Below, one piece after another: positions 1-11,548 of a stretch of 64,000 bases of DNA (the stretch's first letter is position 1; each line of letters starts with the position of its first letter). The notes under the pieces were generated by a model that worked only from the letters and a program-made list of their open reading frames with translations, had not been told where the DNA came from and searched no databases. Both the position numbers and the translations under genes were made by a program. Source of the stretch: Ascoidea asiatica JCM 7603 (lineage: Eukaryota > Fungi > Ascomycota); contig BCKQ01000002.1 in assembly GCA_001600695.1 (NCBI GenBank), positions 1,437,340 to 1,501,339 of the forward strand. Direction: 5' to 3'.

Positions 1-10
1 GTTCCAAAAA

Positions 11-40
11 GTTCTAGAATGTTCTAGAAAGTTCTAGAAA
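11..40. promoter_or_regulatory. Perfect heat-shock element array, 3x GTTCTAGAAW (six alternating nGAAn units)
   Basis: gttctagaat gttctagaaa gttctagaaa; a degenerate fourth unit at 1-10. Matches the canonical HSE. The target gene is uncertain and may lie left of the window. Confidence 0.75.
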
Positions 41-130
41 AACCTAAACAGCAACTTTTGATAAAATGAACAGAAAAAGCTTTTAAAGCATTAAGAAGAC
101 GGATAAGTAAGATTAAGCAACTTAATGTTA

Positions 131-195
131 GATAAGGTAAGAAAGGTAAGATAAGGTAGGATAAAGCAAGATAAGGTGAGATAAAGTGAGATAAA
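131..195 (+). repeat. Degenerate decamer repeat carrying GATAAR motifs
   Basis: GATAAG/GATAAA at 131, 150, 160, 170, 180, 190 (10-bp phasing from 150). Confidence 0.6.
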
Positions 196-1397
196 GTAAC
201 AACAAAGTAAATTATGATTTGATAACATAATTCATTATTTTTAGATTTGCAATTTCTTTCTAATTTCTTTCTGAATTTTTTTCTATATTTTTGTTGAGTG
301 TTTCCTGATTAATTTGTGATTCTTTGATGTTTATTTGGTGATTCTTTCAAGCCTGCTGATAGTATTCCACTAAAAGTATTCTGTTCTTTGTATTGCTATT
401 TATATTCACTTGATCTTTTCTTTTATTCAAATTTTTCAAATTATTCAAAATATTCAAATTACTCATCCTATTATTTCGCAGTTATGATTCATGAATGGGT
501 AGATTACAAATTATAAATTTTAAATCATAAATCATAAACCATAATCTATCATATAATCAAATAATCAAATAAATGAATAAATAAAATATAAAAAATTGTT
601 GGGATTCTTGAGACATAATGGATTAAATTAAGTTGTTTCAGTTTGAAAATTATCAAAGATAATGAAAAATGAGGTCAATATTATAAATAGATTAATAATA
701 AATAATATGTATTAATATATGTAAAATAGTAAATATAAAACTCAATAATTTCAAAAACTATATAAAATTGAAAAACGTGTAGATAAAAACAGACATATTT
801 TTATAGTTTTGTGTGCATTGGACAATTAATCTTCTTCATCACTTAAATTGTCAATTACTTATAATTTGCTTTTTTTATTTTTAGTACTTCTGAAGCAACG
901 GCGTCAATATTCAACGTTATAATTAACATTATAACTCTCTGACAACCACGCCCAATTTTTAAGGGATAAACTAATCGGAGTATTCCTTAATAGTTTGCTA
1001 ATCAATATTCGCTTTTGTTGAGTCAAATTTTTGATACAACTATGGTTCTTCACAAAATTGGAAAAGGAAACTGTCTAATTTCTTTTTCATTTGGACTGGT
1101 AAATTATCTTTACTTTTGATCCAAGGTTTTGGAATAAATGCTTTCTTCATAATTGAGTCTTCCGATTGGCAACCAACCAGTAAGGGATTGAAGGCAAATT
1201 CAACATTTGTTGCTTGAAAATAAGATGGTGGAGGATCTATTTTCTTTTGAAGTAATTTTAGCAATATTTGGAATTGAAGGAAAAGAAAATAAAATAAAAA
1301 AAAGGTTAACTCAAATATTTTTAACAACGAGTGACAACGAGCAACAACAACTGACAACACATATATTGAACATCCAACATTCAATATAAAAAAATAA

Positions 1398-1405
1398 GTC
1401 ACGTG
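1398..1405 (+). promoter_or_regulatory. Cbf1/bHLH-type site GTCACGTG
   Basis: Exact RTCACGTG in the long upstream region of the HSF-domain gene. Confidence 0.45.
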
Positions 1406-1945
1406 TCATAGTTGAAACATATTTGAATTAAACTTAAAAGAAACAAAAATAAAGAAATAATAATTGCCTGTAAAGGCATAAAAAGAAAAAGTAAAATAAA
1501 TGAAAACAATTATAACAAATATCAATTATTTCTTCACTTTAAACAACATAAAAATTACAAATTTTGAAAAAGATTTAAATTCCACAGCATCTTCAATCAA
1601 TCAGTTACTGAAAACTGAAATATTTTTTCTTTCTCATCTTCAATTTGATCGAACCATTTAAATAAAATCTAATCTCATCATTAATCTCACTAATTTCTGT
1701 ATAAGTTCGCTAATCCCACTAATCATACTACCAAATTTTATTTTTCATATAACATTTGTATTTCTACTTGTATTTGTATTTGCATCTTTATTTGAATTCA
1801 TCTTATATTAAGTTACTCTAATATTATTTAATACTTTTATTTTTATATAATCTATTGAAATTTCCTCAAAATTAATTTATGTCCATTAAATTCAATAATT
1901 TCAATCCATTTCAATTCATTTCAATAATTTTTTTTGTTTTTCTAA

Positions 1946-1979
<34 letters not shown>
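1946..1979. repeat. (AAT)n microsatellite
   Basis: About 11 perfect AAT units. Confidence 0.9.
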
Positions 1980-2967
1980 GATTAAATATTTTATTTTTTA
2001 ATAAAAATTTGTATACTTAACGTATTTATCACTGTTAACATCGTTACATAATCCAGTATAAGCCAGTATTTACTGTACTGATACTAATTACCTGTTTGGC
2101 TTAACTTTTCAACAAATCTCAATACTTTCAAAACATCTAACAAAATTCTATAAACTTATCAAAAATAACCTATCAATAATAACCTATCAATAATAACATT
2201 TCAATATTAAAATATCAACAAAATTTCAATAAAATATCAGTAATCTAAATTATCACACTCCAAAATCTCATCTCTTTACTTGTTTTTCTTTATTTTTCCT
2301 TATTTTCCTTAATTTTCCTTAATTTTTTCTCATTTTTCATTTATAAGTCATTTTTAACCGATAAAAAATATTTAAAACCATAAACTAAATTACAATAATA
2401 ATTAATAAAAGAACTTTTCAATAATATTTTATTCATCTTTTACTTATATTTCATAAAAATATATTACAAATACAACTATTCTTTTTTTCTCTTTTCAATT
2501 TCAAAACATCATCAATTTTAACTAAGGAAAAAAGATTATCCTTTATTTTATCCTCTCTCTTTATTAGTTTTTCCTATTAATATAATCTTTCTTATTCATT
2601 ACGTATAGAAAAAAAACTCAATTCTTTTATCCTTAATATTTCATAAAATATCAAAAGAATAATTTTCTTACTAATATTATTTGTATTAACTTCCTTCTTT
2701 ACACTAAACTACTGGAAATAGATCATTCTGTCTTGAATTCCTAAATCATAAAACTTTTACTAGAACTTTTACTATAACTTTCATTAGACTTCATTATTTA
2801 ATATTCAATATTTGATATTTGATATTTAATATTTAATATTATTATTTTTATTAAAGTATACTTTTAAAACTTTTTTTTTCAATTAGTTTCTCAGATTTCT
2901 TTCTGTAATTACTTTTTTTAATCACTTATTCTTGTTCTTTTTGTTTTTCAATTTTTTAATTACATAT

Positions 2968-2991
2968 ATGGAAGCTATATACTTTGTTTAA
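2968..2991 (+). other. Short upstream ORF (MEAIYFV*) ending 1 nt before the main ATG
   Basis: atg gaa gct ata tac ttt gtt taa, then a, then ATG at 2993. Confidence 0.4.
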
Positions 2992-2992
2992 A

Positions 2993-5980
2993 ATGTCTTC
3001 CTCTAATATCAATAACAATAATAATAAAAAGAATAGTGCAAATAATCCTAATAATCCCAATAATACTGATAATAATATTCTATCTAATAAAATATTAGAA
3101 AATAATGATTCTCCAATTACAACTTCACAATCTAATTCAAAAAAAAATAAAAAAAAAGATTCAACAACTGGTAATCATACTATTTTTATTCATAAATTAT
3201 ATAGTATGTTAGAAAATAAAAATATATCTCATTTAATTTGGTGGGCAAATGATGGAAAAAGTTTTTATATTCATCCAAGTGAAGATTTTTCTTCTGTTTT
3301 ATCAAGTTTTTTTAAACATACAAATGTTTCAAGTTTTGTAAGACAATTAAATATGTACGGATTTCATAAAATTAATGATAATAATATTAATAATAACAAT
3401 AATAAAAATATAAGTCAAGATAATACTCCTCTGCAGAAATCAAGAAACTTAAATGATAATAATAATATAATTATTAATAAAAATAAAAATCCTTGTTTAT
3501 CAACATGGGAATTTAAACATGCCCTGGGAATTTTTAAAAAAGGTGATACTAATGCATTAAATACAATTAAAAGAAGAACTTCAAAAAATATTCAAGCTAC
3601 ATCTCAAGCTCAACAAAATAAAGATAGTAAATCGGATTCAAAAGAAAACAAAAAAGAATTCAAGAATAATCTTATTCAACAAAAAGAAAATATTTCAAAT
3701 CAAAGAGATAATAAATCAAGAAATAATTCTGAATTAACTAAATCTTCATCAAAAATAGATCTGATAATGAATTCCCCTATAAATTCAAATCAAAAACTTA
3801 ACACACTCGGTAATTTAACTAACAGTAATAATTATAACAAGACTTCAAGCGATAATATAGATTTGAAATATATTAATAGTCATAACAATCTTACACCTAT
3901 AAATGATCAATTTAATAATAATACGTCTCAAAATCAACCTCCACCACTATTTAATAACAATGTATTTGATGATAGAAAACTAGAAATTAATGATTCAAAA
4001 GATAATTCAAAACAACAATATAATGATTTAAACTGTAAATATGAAGATTTAAAACATACCATAAATAATTTAGAAAGAGAAAATTCAATAATTCAAACTA
4101 AATATCAAGAAGCAATAATTGATTTAAAAAATACAAATTTAGATATTGTTAAATTATTAGAAATATTACAAAAAACAATTCAATCAACATATCCACCTAA
4201 ATCAGATAATTATTTCAAAAATCAAAATGATAATAATAATAATGGTCCAATATCAAACCAATTTAATCTCGAATCAGAAATTGAAATGTTTAAATCCTCA
4301 ATATTACAAAGAACCAGAGATCATGGAGTTTATCAATTACCTGTTCAAAATACTCCAATTCAAATCACCTCCATTCCTGGATCTCAATTCTCTACTTTAC
4401 AAACTCAAGCATATAATCAACCTCAATCAGCTGGGCCTTATTTTCAATCACAACAACAATTTCAACCTCAATTTCATATGGAACCTGAACCTCAGTCAAG
4501 TGTAAAAACTACTTACAGTATTCCATCAATGCCTATAACAAGACCTCAGATAAGTCAAGCACCTCCATTTTTACCAGCTCCAGAATCTCAACCAGATCAA
4601 AATCAAGATTCAAAAATGGAGGAAGTTCCAATAGCACCTTCTCAAATTTCCATGAGTTCACAACCTTCTCAAAATCATCAATTTCAGCCTACAATTTCTT
4701 CAGCTCCTGTTACTTATAAAACACCATTTCAAAATGCATTTGCTTCAACCAAACTGAATAGACAAAAGAGTATATTCTGCGACCCATTAGCACCTGAACC
4801 AGGCTATTTACAACCTGAGTTTCAAAACTATAACAATAATAATACTAATAATACTAATCTTATTCATGGGAGTTCTTTAAATAATCCTCAATTAAATACA
4901 GGATATATTTCCACTGGATCAAGTGCAAGAACGTCAACTTTTTCAAATGGGTCTCTTAGTTTATCATCGGGAAACATAGAAAGTGATTTTTCATCTTTAA
5001 GAACACCATCAGCTGTATTCAATAACAGTAACAATGGTAATAATAATAATAATAGTAATCTAAATTACTTCAATAATATAAATAATAATAATATCAATAA
5101 TATAAATAATAATAATATCAATAATATAAATAATAATAATATCAATAATAGTAGTAATAATAATGGCTTTATAAATTTAAATAAGAGCAGCAAATTGAAT
5201 AGAAATTTAAGTGATTATAATGTTAAATCTCCATATGCACCTATAACTGGATCAAGCCCTAGAGACTCTTTAAATAATACAAATAATACAAATAATAGTA
5301 ATATAATTATTTCTAATTCTACTAGTAGTAGTAATAATAATAATATTAATATAAACTATTTTAGAGAAAGAAGACCAGTATCCTTCCCAGCTAATCAATT
5401 GGAAAGTGTACAAAGAATAAATCAAGAAGAAGAGATTTTTTCAAGAAAAAGACATGCATCAAATGATGTTTCATTTGATCAAACATCCAATTCATATTCA
5501 AGATCTAATTCAACAGAAAATTTTATAACTGATAAGCGTAAACAATCTGTATTTTATGGATCATCAGTATCAATGAATTCAACAATCAAACAACCAGCAA
5601 GTTTAAGTATAGATACAAGTAATTTTTCTCATTTTGATAATTATAATAATAACAATAATACTATTAATAATAATCTCAATAATTCTTCTATAAGTCAAAT
5701 TCCACTGAGGAAACAAAGTCAAAATCAAATAATATATAAAAACTTAACCCCAATATCCAATTTGTCTAAAGATTTAAAAAAAAGTTATGGTAATAAAATA
5801 TCTCCATTAGCATCAGCACCCATTTCAAATCGGATTAGTGATTTGACAGATGCAAATACAACAACAAAAACAAATGAAATTAATAATATCAATTGTAATA
5901 CATCAGCAACTACTGCTATCAATTCTAATTCCGCTAATAATTCTAAAATTCAATCTTTATTGAATCCAAAAGACTCATGA
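2993..5980 (+). CDS. HSF-type DNA-binding transcription factor (Sfl1/Sfl2/Mga1-like)
   Basis: HSF domain FIHKLYSMLEN..IWW..DGKSFYI..FFKHTNVSSFVRQLNMYGFHK, with an Asn-rich insert before WEFKH; coiled coil; C-terminal KIQSLLNP motif. First ATG is 2993 (the track used TTG 2984). Confidence 0.88.
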   Translation: MSSSNINNNNNKKNSANNPNNPNNTDNNILSNKILENNDSPITTSQSNSKKNKKKDSTTGNHTIFIHKLYSMLENKNISHLIWWANDGKSFYIHPSEDFSSVLSSFFKHTNVSSFVRQLNMYGFHKINDNNINNNNNKNISQDNTPLQKSRNLNDNNNIIINKNKNPCLSTWEFKHALGIFKKGDTNALNTIKRRTSKNIQATSQAQQNKDSKSDSKENKKEFKNNLIQQKENISNQRDNKSRNNSELTKSSSKIDLIMNSPINSNQKLNTLGNLTNSNNYNKTSSDNIDLKYINSHNNLTPINDQFNNNTSQNQPPPLFNNNVFDDRKLEINDSKDNSKQQYNDLNCKYEDLKHTINNLERENSIIQTKYQEAIIDLKNTNLDIVKLLEILQKTIQSTYPPKSDNYFKNQNDNNNNGPISNQFNLESEIEMFKSSILQRTRDHGVYQLPVQNTPIQITSIPGSQFSTLQTQAYNQPQSAGPYFQSQQQFQPQFHMEPEPQSSVKTTYSIPSMPITRPQISQAPPFLPAPESQPDQNQDSKMEEVPIAPSQISMSSQPSQNHQFQPTISSAPVTYKTPFQNAFASTKLNRQKSIFCDPLAPEPGYLQPEFQNYNNNNTNNTNLIHGSSLNNPQLNTGYISTGSSARTSTFSNGSLSLSSGNIESDFSSLRTPSAVFNNSNNGNNNNNSNLNYFNNINNNNINNINNNNINNINNNNINNSSNNNGFINLNKSSKLNRNLSDYNVKSPYAPITGSSPRDSLNNTNNTNNSNIIISNSTSSSNNNNININYFRERRPVSFPANQLESVQRINQEEEIFSRKRHASNDVSFDQTSNSYSRSNSTENFITDKRKQSVFYGSSVSMNSTIKQPASLSIDTSNFSHFDNYNNNNNTINNNLNNSSISQIPLRKQSQNQIIYKNLTPISNLSKDLKKSYGNKISPLASAPISNRISDLTDANTTTKTNEINNINCNTSATTAINSNSANNSKIQSLLNPKDS

Positions 5981-6289
5981 AGAAAAGGCTTTCTTATTTC
6001 CTGATTCAATAAAGATTGAATTTTTTATGTATATTATTATTTATTGAAATTTTTTTTTTTTGGTACATTTATTTCTAAATTTTCCTTTGATGATTTCTTT
6101 TTTATACTTTTTTATAGAGAACATATTATTTACGGCCTGCTTCTTTTTTTTTCTTCCTTTCTTTTTTTGTTTTATTGAAAGAAAACTAATATATTAAAAT
6201 CTATTTCTATTTCTATTTCTATTTCTAGTTCTTTCTCCACCAAACAGATTTTTCAATGTAAATGAATTAATAAACCTGAGAAAGAACTC

Positions 6290-6740
6290 ATGCATTTAGC
6301 GCGCCTATCGTTATGCTCGCCAAAAATCTTTTATTGTTCTATCCGTTTATGTAAAATGACGTGGGAGGTTTCACAGAAGCGAATTATGTGCAACACCAAC
6401 GGGCCTTTGTGGGTGTGGCACAAACGTAGTTTTCGGGACAAACTGTTCTAATGAAATTTGAAACCATCACAATAGGTCTAGGCGAGTGGGCTTCCTAGTT
6501 ACGTTGATGTTAAATCTCAACGCAACTTCCACCCAACGCAACTTTTTAACATAATCATCCTTACGAGAATAAAAATGTTCGTACACCGAAATAAGCGTCA
6601 ATAAATGCATGTTGCGGCAAATATACATTAATAAAAGTATTTATGCATAAAAATAATTCCAACGCACCTTTTTAAACGTCACGCACTTTTTTAAAAAAAA
6701 ATCAGTTTTAACACGTGATTTAAATGTTGATTACGTAAGT
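6290..6740. promoter_or_regulatory. GC-enriched promoter island upstream of MIC10
   Basis: CpG-rich patch with CAACGCAMCTT x3 (6518, 6534, 6660), CACGTGAT (6712) and TTACGTAA (6731); ATTGG (CCAAT box) follows near 6769. Confidence 0.55.
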
Positions 6741-6991
6741 GTGGATAGTTAAAATCGAGTTCATTTCTATTGGTTACTTGTAGCCTATTTTTCATCCTTC
6801 AATATAATCAGCGTTCATCTTCCAAATGAATAGTTTGATCAAGTGAAATATATTGAATTATTCAAGATCTAAAAGATAGTTTTCTCACACTTGCAAATTA
6901 ATTAGATCAAATCTATAATAATATTAAAACTTGATACCTTTCAGGAATTACATAATTTTCAAAATATATTCATCCGATAATTTATACAATA

Positions 6992-7249
6992 ATGTCTGAA
7001 GTTAAAAGTTCTCAATCTTTACCTCCTGCATCTCAAACTATTTTGAATGATAAATGGGACGTAGTATTATCCAATGCTGTTGTTAAAACTGGTTTAGGTT
7101 TTGGTTTTGGTGTTTTAGCATCTGTTTTAATATTCAAAAGACGTCAATTCCCTGTTTGGTTAGGTGTTGGTTTTGGACTTGGTAGAGGTTACTCTGAAGG
7201 TGATGCTATATTTCGTTCACCAATTGGTTTACGTCATACCCAAGCTTAA
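6992..7249 (+). CDS. MIC10: MICOS complex subunit Mic10
   Basis: [21 protein letters not shown]...[22 protein letters not shown]: two GxGxGxG transmembrane motifs and the KRR loop. Confidence 0.96.
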   Translation: MSEVKSSQSLPPASQTILNDKWDVVLSNAVVKTGLGFGFGVLASVLIFKRRQFPVWLGVGFGLGRGYSEGDAIFRSPIGLRHTQA

Positions 7250-8531
7250 GGTAATCAATTCATTTATTCATTCATTTATTCATTCAATTCATCTCATTCT
7301 TTTCATTTTTTCCAGTTTATTTCAATTCATTGAAATTTTCATTCAAGATAAAATGAAAATTAAGAACAATTGAATGAAAAAATTTACTTTTTTGCATCTA
7401 AAATATTTAATTACCATAAACTTACAAACAAAAATTAAAATTTCAAATTTTTTAAAGGTAAAGATTATAAACTAAAATTCCAACAAGCTAATCCCCAAAT
7501 TTCAAATCTCTAATCATTTATTCTTCATCCCATTTATTAAATATTCAATTAATTTTTTCATTTTTATAAATAGCTTCTCATTTTCAAACTAGAAGATTTT
7601 CAAAAAGGAAAAATTGAATATTTTAGTCCCATTTTTTTTAATGAAACAGTAATCTTCTTTTAATGTTATATATTTATTTACTACGAGTATTGTTTTTTTT
7701 TTAGCAAAAAATTTTTATCATTTTTAATTATTATATATATTCTTTCTCAATCACTCTTGTTTAATATATTAGATTTAAACATATAAAAGAATTTTTTTTG
7801 CTTCTACAGTATTTTTTTTTGCCATGAATACAAAAAAAAAGCATATGAAATACTTTATGTTATTTTATGTAATATGTAAAATTAAGGAAAAAAAAGAATC
7901 TTATTTCACATACTTCCTGACTTGAAATAAGCTATAAATTATTTATGGGTTTATCCTCCCAATATACTGTATAATTTAGAATACAAAATTCCTTTTTCTC
8001 GTTTATATAGGTTAAGAAATAGAAAAGAAAAGGAAAAAGAAAAAGAAGCAAAAAAAATAATTATTAAAGCAAAGTTTATAGCAACAACCGTTATGTCAAA
8101 GAATAATTCTATCAACTTATAAAGGCATCATTAAGAAGGCAAAAAAAGCAAAAAACAAAATGAAAAAACAAAATAAAAAGACCAAACAACAACAAAGAAA
8201 AGCAATGAATTTCTAAAGCAAAATTTGAATTGTAAAACAAAAAATGAACACAAAAAAAAATTAATGAAAAATTAAATAGATCCAGTAAATTTTTTATCAG
8301 AGTGAGAATAAATGCATAAAGTAAAATTGAGAATTTGTTAACATAAAATAAATAAAATGAATTTAAAAGGTTTCACACAATAAATAGGACAACAAAAACA
8401 AAAAGAAAGTAAGAAAAAGCTAACCATAAATACCATTTTTTTTGAATTAAGATAAAAAAGTATTGGGTAAAATTGATTATTCTTTAAATTTGAATGTAAG
8501 GTTTAGATGAAATATAATAATATAGTTTAAT

Positions 8532-10916
8532 TTATGACTTTATGCTAAGTTTGATATCGGAAATATCAATTTCTTTGAAATTATCATTTCTTTTGTCTTT
8601 ATCAGACTGATGTTGCAGTTGAAGTTCAACATTACTAATTTTAATAAAATTTGTTGAATGAGAATTATTAATATTTGGATTAATCATTGTACTTGACCTA
8701 CTTATACTTGTTCTTGAACCAATTGGTAAATTTGAGAAAAGAGTTTGAGGAACTCCATTATGAGAGAAAATATCAGAATTATTTCCTAGTGGACTTTTAG
8801 TAAGATCATGTTTATCAGTAAGTTTATCAAAATTTTTATTTCCTATTTTATTTTCAGGATTTTGGTCAATATGTTGGTCAATTTTATTTTCATTATTGTT
8901 TGAATTATTTCCATTTCCTATAATACTTGAAATTCCAGAAATATTTGTAAAAGAATAATCAGTATTTGACATAATATTTTCAATATCGATTCCTAAACCA
9001 GTTCCAAGATCTAAAGAGCTTAAAATTATATGATTATGACTATTTCTTTTAATATTTTCAATTAATTGTAATTCATTATAAAAACTTTGATTTGAAAGAC
9101 TTTGATTTTTTGAATCAACATCATTAACAAATCGTAAATTATGAGAATTTGTTCGAGTATTTATTTTGTTTATTGTATTTGAATTTGTGTTTTTTTTTGA
9201 TAGTATATTTCCATTAATCATATTTATTGAATTGGAATTTCCAATTCCATCACCATTTCCATTTATATTTATGTTTGTATTTGTTGTAGTTTTTGATAAT
9301 TGATTTTGTTTACCAATTAAAAAAAGTGCACCTTGTCCATTATCAATTTTATTATACATTTTATTTATAAATTCATCACTAAAAGATTCAGATAATAACC
9401 AAGATTTTTCATCTTTGAATAAAGATTTATCAAATTTATTAATTGGTAAAAACCAAGAAATTGGATTTTTACCCATAATTTCAATCCAATTTTTTTTAAA
9501 ATTATTTTTTTTAAAAGGTTTTTCATCATAATTTAGTTTTAAAATAATTCTATAATTATTATTATATCTACAATTTAAAAATTTATCTTGATTTTCTAAA
9601 TTTTGATCAATTTTATCTAAATTTGAATTAATTTTTAAATTTTTATAATTATTTTTTAAATTATTTTTTTTTAATTTTTTTTTTAAATTTTTTTCATGAA
9701 ATAATAATTTTTTATAAGATTCTTGATTTAATCTTTCTATAGTTGTTTGATTACTAAATATTAATATAGAATGTTGAGCAAGTAAACCTGAGATTAAAAA
9801 TAACCAAAAAACAGTTGTTATTAAAATTATAATAAAGTTTGCATTTAAATAATTATATTTATAATTACCAATTTTTATATTTTTTTTATAATTATGAAAA
9901 TCTTTAAAATAAGTTGGTAAATAAATCATTTGAATAATAAAATTATAAATTAAAAAAATTAAAGAAATTGAAAGAAATTGAAAAAAAGGTTTATAATTTC
10001 TTTTACCAATTACACAACCAATCCAAATACAAAAATGATCCATTTTTAAAACACAAGTATTTAATTCCATTGAATGATGAGATCTTAATGGTTTTAAAGA
10101 TTTACAAAAAGAACACCAATATGGATAACCAGCATAATTTGAATAAAAAAATTGAGGTATATTATTATTTAAATAATTTAAATCATCAGAATAAATATCA
10201 TATGGAGAAAATTTTAAATTTAATTGATTTAAAGTTCCAGGACCATGAAAATAAATAGAAAACCAAATTAACCAAATTAATAATAATAAAATTGAATAAA
10301 TTGAGATTAAAAGAATTGGTAAATATAAATTATTTCTTTTATTTTTATAAATTTGTAACCAAATTAATTGATAACAAATTGTATAAGTGAAATATAATAA
10401 ACATAAATTAACTAAATATGGAACTGAAATTTTTAAAAATTTCAGTGAATAAAATCTAAAGTAATTATATAAGTTTGAAAAATAGTTTATTATTGAAGAG
10501 TTATTATTTTTATTGGTATTATTATTAAGATTGTTGTTATTATTGTTGTTACTATTATTATTATCAGATAATATAGTCACAGAAGATATTGAACGATTCG
10601 AATTATAATTTGAATAATTTATTGAAGAAGTTAAAGTAGTTGTACTTTTTTTTTGTTTTGTTTTTTTAGTGAATTTTGTATGAAGATGATGAGTATATGA
10701 AGAAAGAGAAAACAGTCTATTATTATTCACCACTACACTTTTCTCATTATTAATTTTTTCATTATTATTGTTATTTTTGTTATTAAGATTTATATGTTTA
10801 TTATTTTTTTCAATATTGATAACTTCTTTTTTTTCAGAAAAGGAAATTTCCTGAGTCTGTTTTTGATTTTTATTTTGATTCTGATTCTGATTTTGGTTCA
10901 GATTGGAATTATTCAT
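8532..10916 (-). CDS. PFA5: DHHC-family palmitoyltransferase, Pfa5 type (DHFC active-site variant)
   Basis: WCSFCKSLKPLRSHHSMELNTCVLKMDHFCIWIGCVIG..NYKPFFQF; four TM helices; NQTTIE motif. The HHSxEL degenerate Zn site is characteristic of Pfa5. Confidence 0.85.
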   Translation of the reverse strand: MNNSNLNQNQNQNQNKNQKQTQEISFSEKKEVINIEKNNKHINLNNKNNNNNEKINNEKSVVVNNNRLFSLSSYTHHLHTKFTKKTKQKKSTTTLTSSINYSNYNSNRSISSVTILSDNNNSNNNNNNNLNNNTNKNNNSSIINYFSNLYNYFRFYSLKFLKISVPYLVNLCLLYFTYTICYQLIWLQIYKNKRNNLYLPILLISIYSILLLLIWLIWFSIYFHGPGTLNQLNLKFSPYDIYSDDLNYLNNNIPQFFYSNYAGYPYWCSFCKSLKPLRSHHSMELNTCVLKMDHFCIWIGCVIGKRNYKPFFQFLSISLIFLIYNFIIQMIYLPTYFKDFHNYKKNIKIGNYKYNYLNANFIIILITTVFWLFLISGLLAQHSILIFSNQTTIERLNQESYKKLLFHEKNLKKKLKKNNLKNNYKNLKINSNLDKIDQNLENQDKFLNCRYNNNYRIILKLNYDEKPFKKNNFKKNWIEIMGKNPISWFLPINKFDKSLFKDEKSWLLSESFSDEFINKMYNKIDNGQGALFLIGKQNQLSKTTTNTNININGNGDGIGNSNSINMINGNILSKKNTNSNTINKINTRTNSHNLRFVNDVDSKNQSLSNQSFYNELQLIENIKRNSHNHIILSSLDLGTGLGIDIENIMSNTDYSFTNISGISSIIGNGNNSNNNENKIDQHIDQNPENKIGNKNFDKLTDKHDLTKSPLGNNSDIFSHNGVPQTLFSNLPIGSRTSISRSSTMINPNINNSHSTNFIKISNVELQLQHQSDKDKRNDNFKEIDISDIKLSIKS

Positions 10917-11402
10917 ATTGATAAATGAAGGAAGGGTTCTTCTTTTCTCTTATTTTGTTTTAGATATTTTATAATATTATTTAAAGAAAACTTTTATATT
11001 TTATATTTTCTGATTATTGAAGTGTATGAAGAAAACATTTCAGTTATCTTATCGTATCTTGAATCAAAGATTATATTGAAACGAAATCGATGAGACTGAA
11101 ATTCTTTTCTTAGCTCTCAATAAATTTCTAATCAACTTCAAGCAAAGAAACAAGAATAAAAATTTTAAAGTAATTATTGGTTTATTAAGTGGTTTATGAA
11201 TATGATTTGTGAATATTATTTTAGATATTATTATTGATTGTTATGGGATTTTAGCAATTCAAAAGTGTCAGTAATCAATAAACAATAGCCAAAGAACTGA
11301 AGATTCGGCTATTGTTTTAGATTATTTGGAATTTACTGGCAGTTCCCACAAAAATATCAAAAACACACGAATTCATGGAAAAAAAAGCGCTTCGGGAAAC
11401 GC

Positions 11403-11548
11403 ATCCACAGCACTGGTTCTCAACGAAGGGAATGTGCTGTGTGCTGGCGCGTGTGGCGGTGCAAGGACTTAACAAAGCAGCAGTATGCAGTCAGCCACGC
11501 GTAACCAAACTTTCAAAGAACCAGGTCTGTGGGTCCTCTTGGCAGACC
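11403..11548 (+). ncRNA. Candidate structured RNA or inverted-repeat element in a GC-rich island
   Basis: 11403-11420 pairs with 11517-11534 (16/18 bp); nested stems 11425-29/11510-14 and 11447-57/11494-502; competing local hairpins. No family recognised. Confidence 0.25.

Noticed and set aside
1040-1402. ORFs 1040-1402 (-) and 1207-1389 (+)
   Set aside because: Non-ATG starts, no recognisable domain; they lie in the long upstream region of the HSF-domain gene
1398-1500. Point centromere (CDEI followed by AT-rich DNA) here or at 6712, 49651, 54026
   Set aside because: No correctly spaced and oriented CDEIII CCG element; AT-richness is genome-wide
11459-11483. SRP RNA helix-8 resemblance (AAGG...AGCAG)
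   Set aside because: No paired stem or GNRA tetraloop between the motifs, and no fungal Alu-domain UGUAAU start
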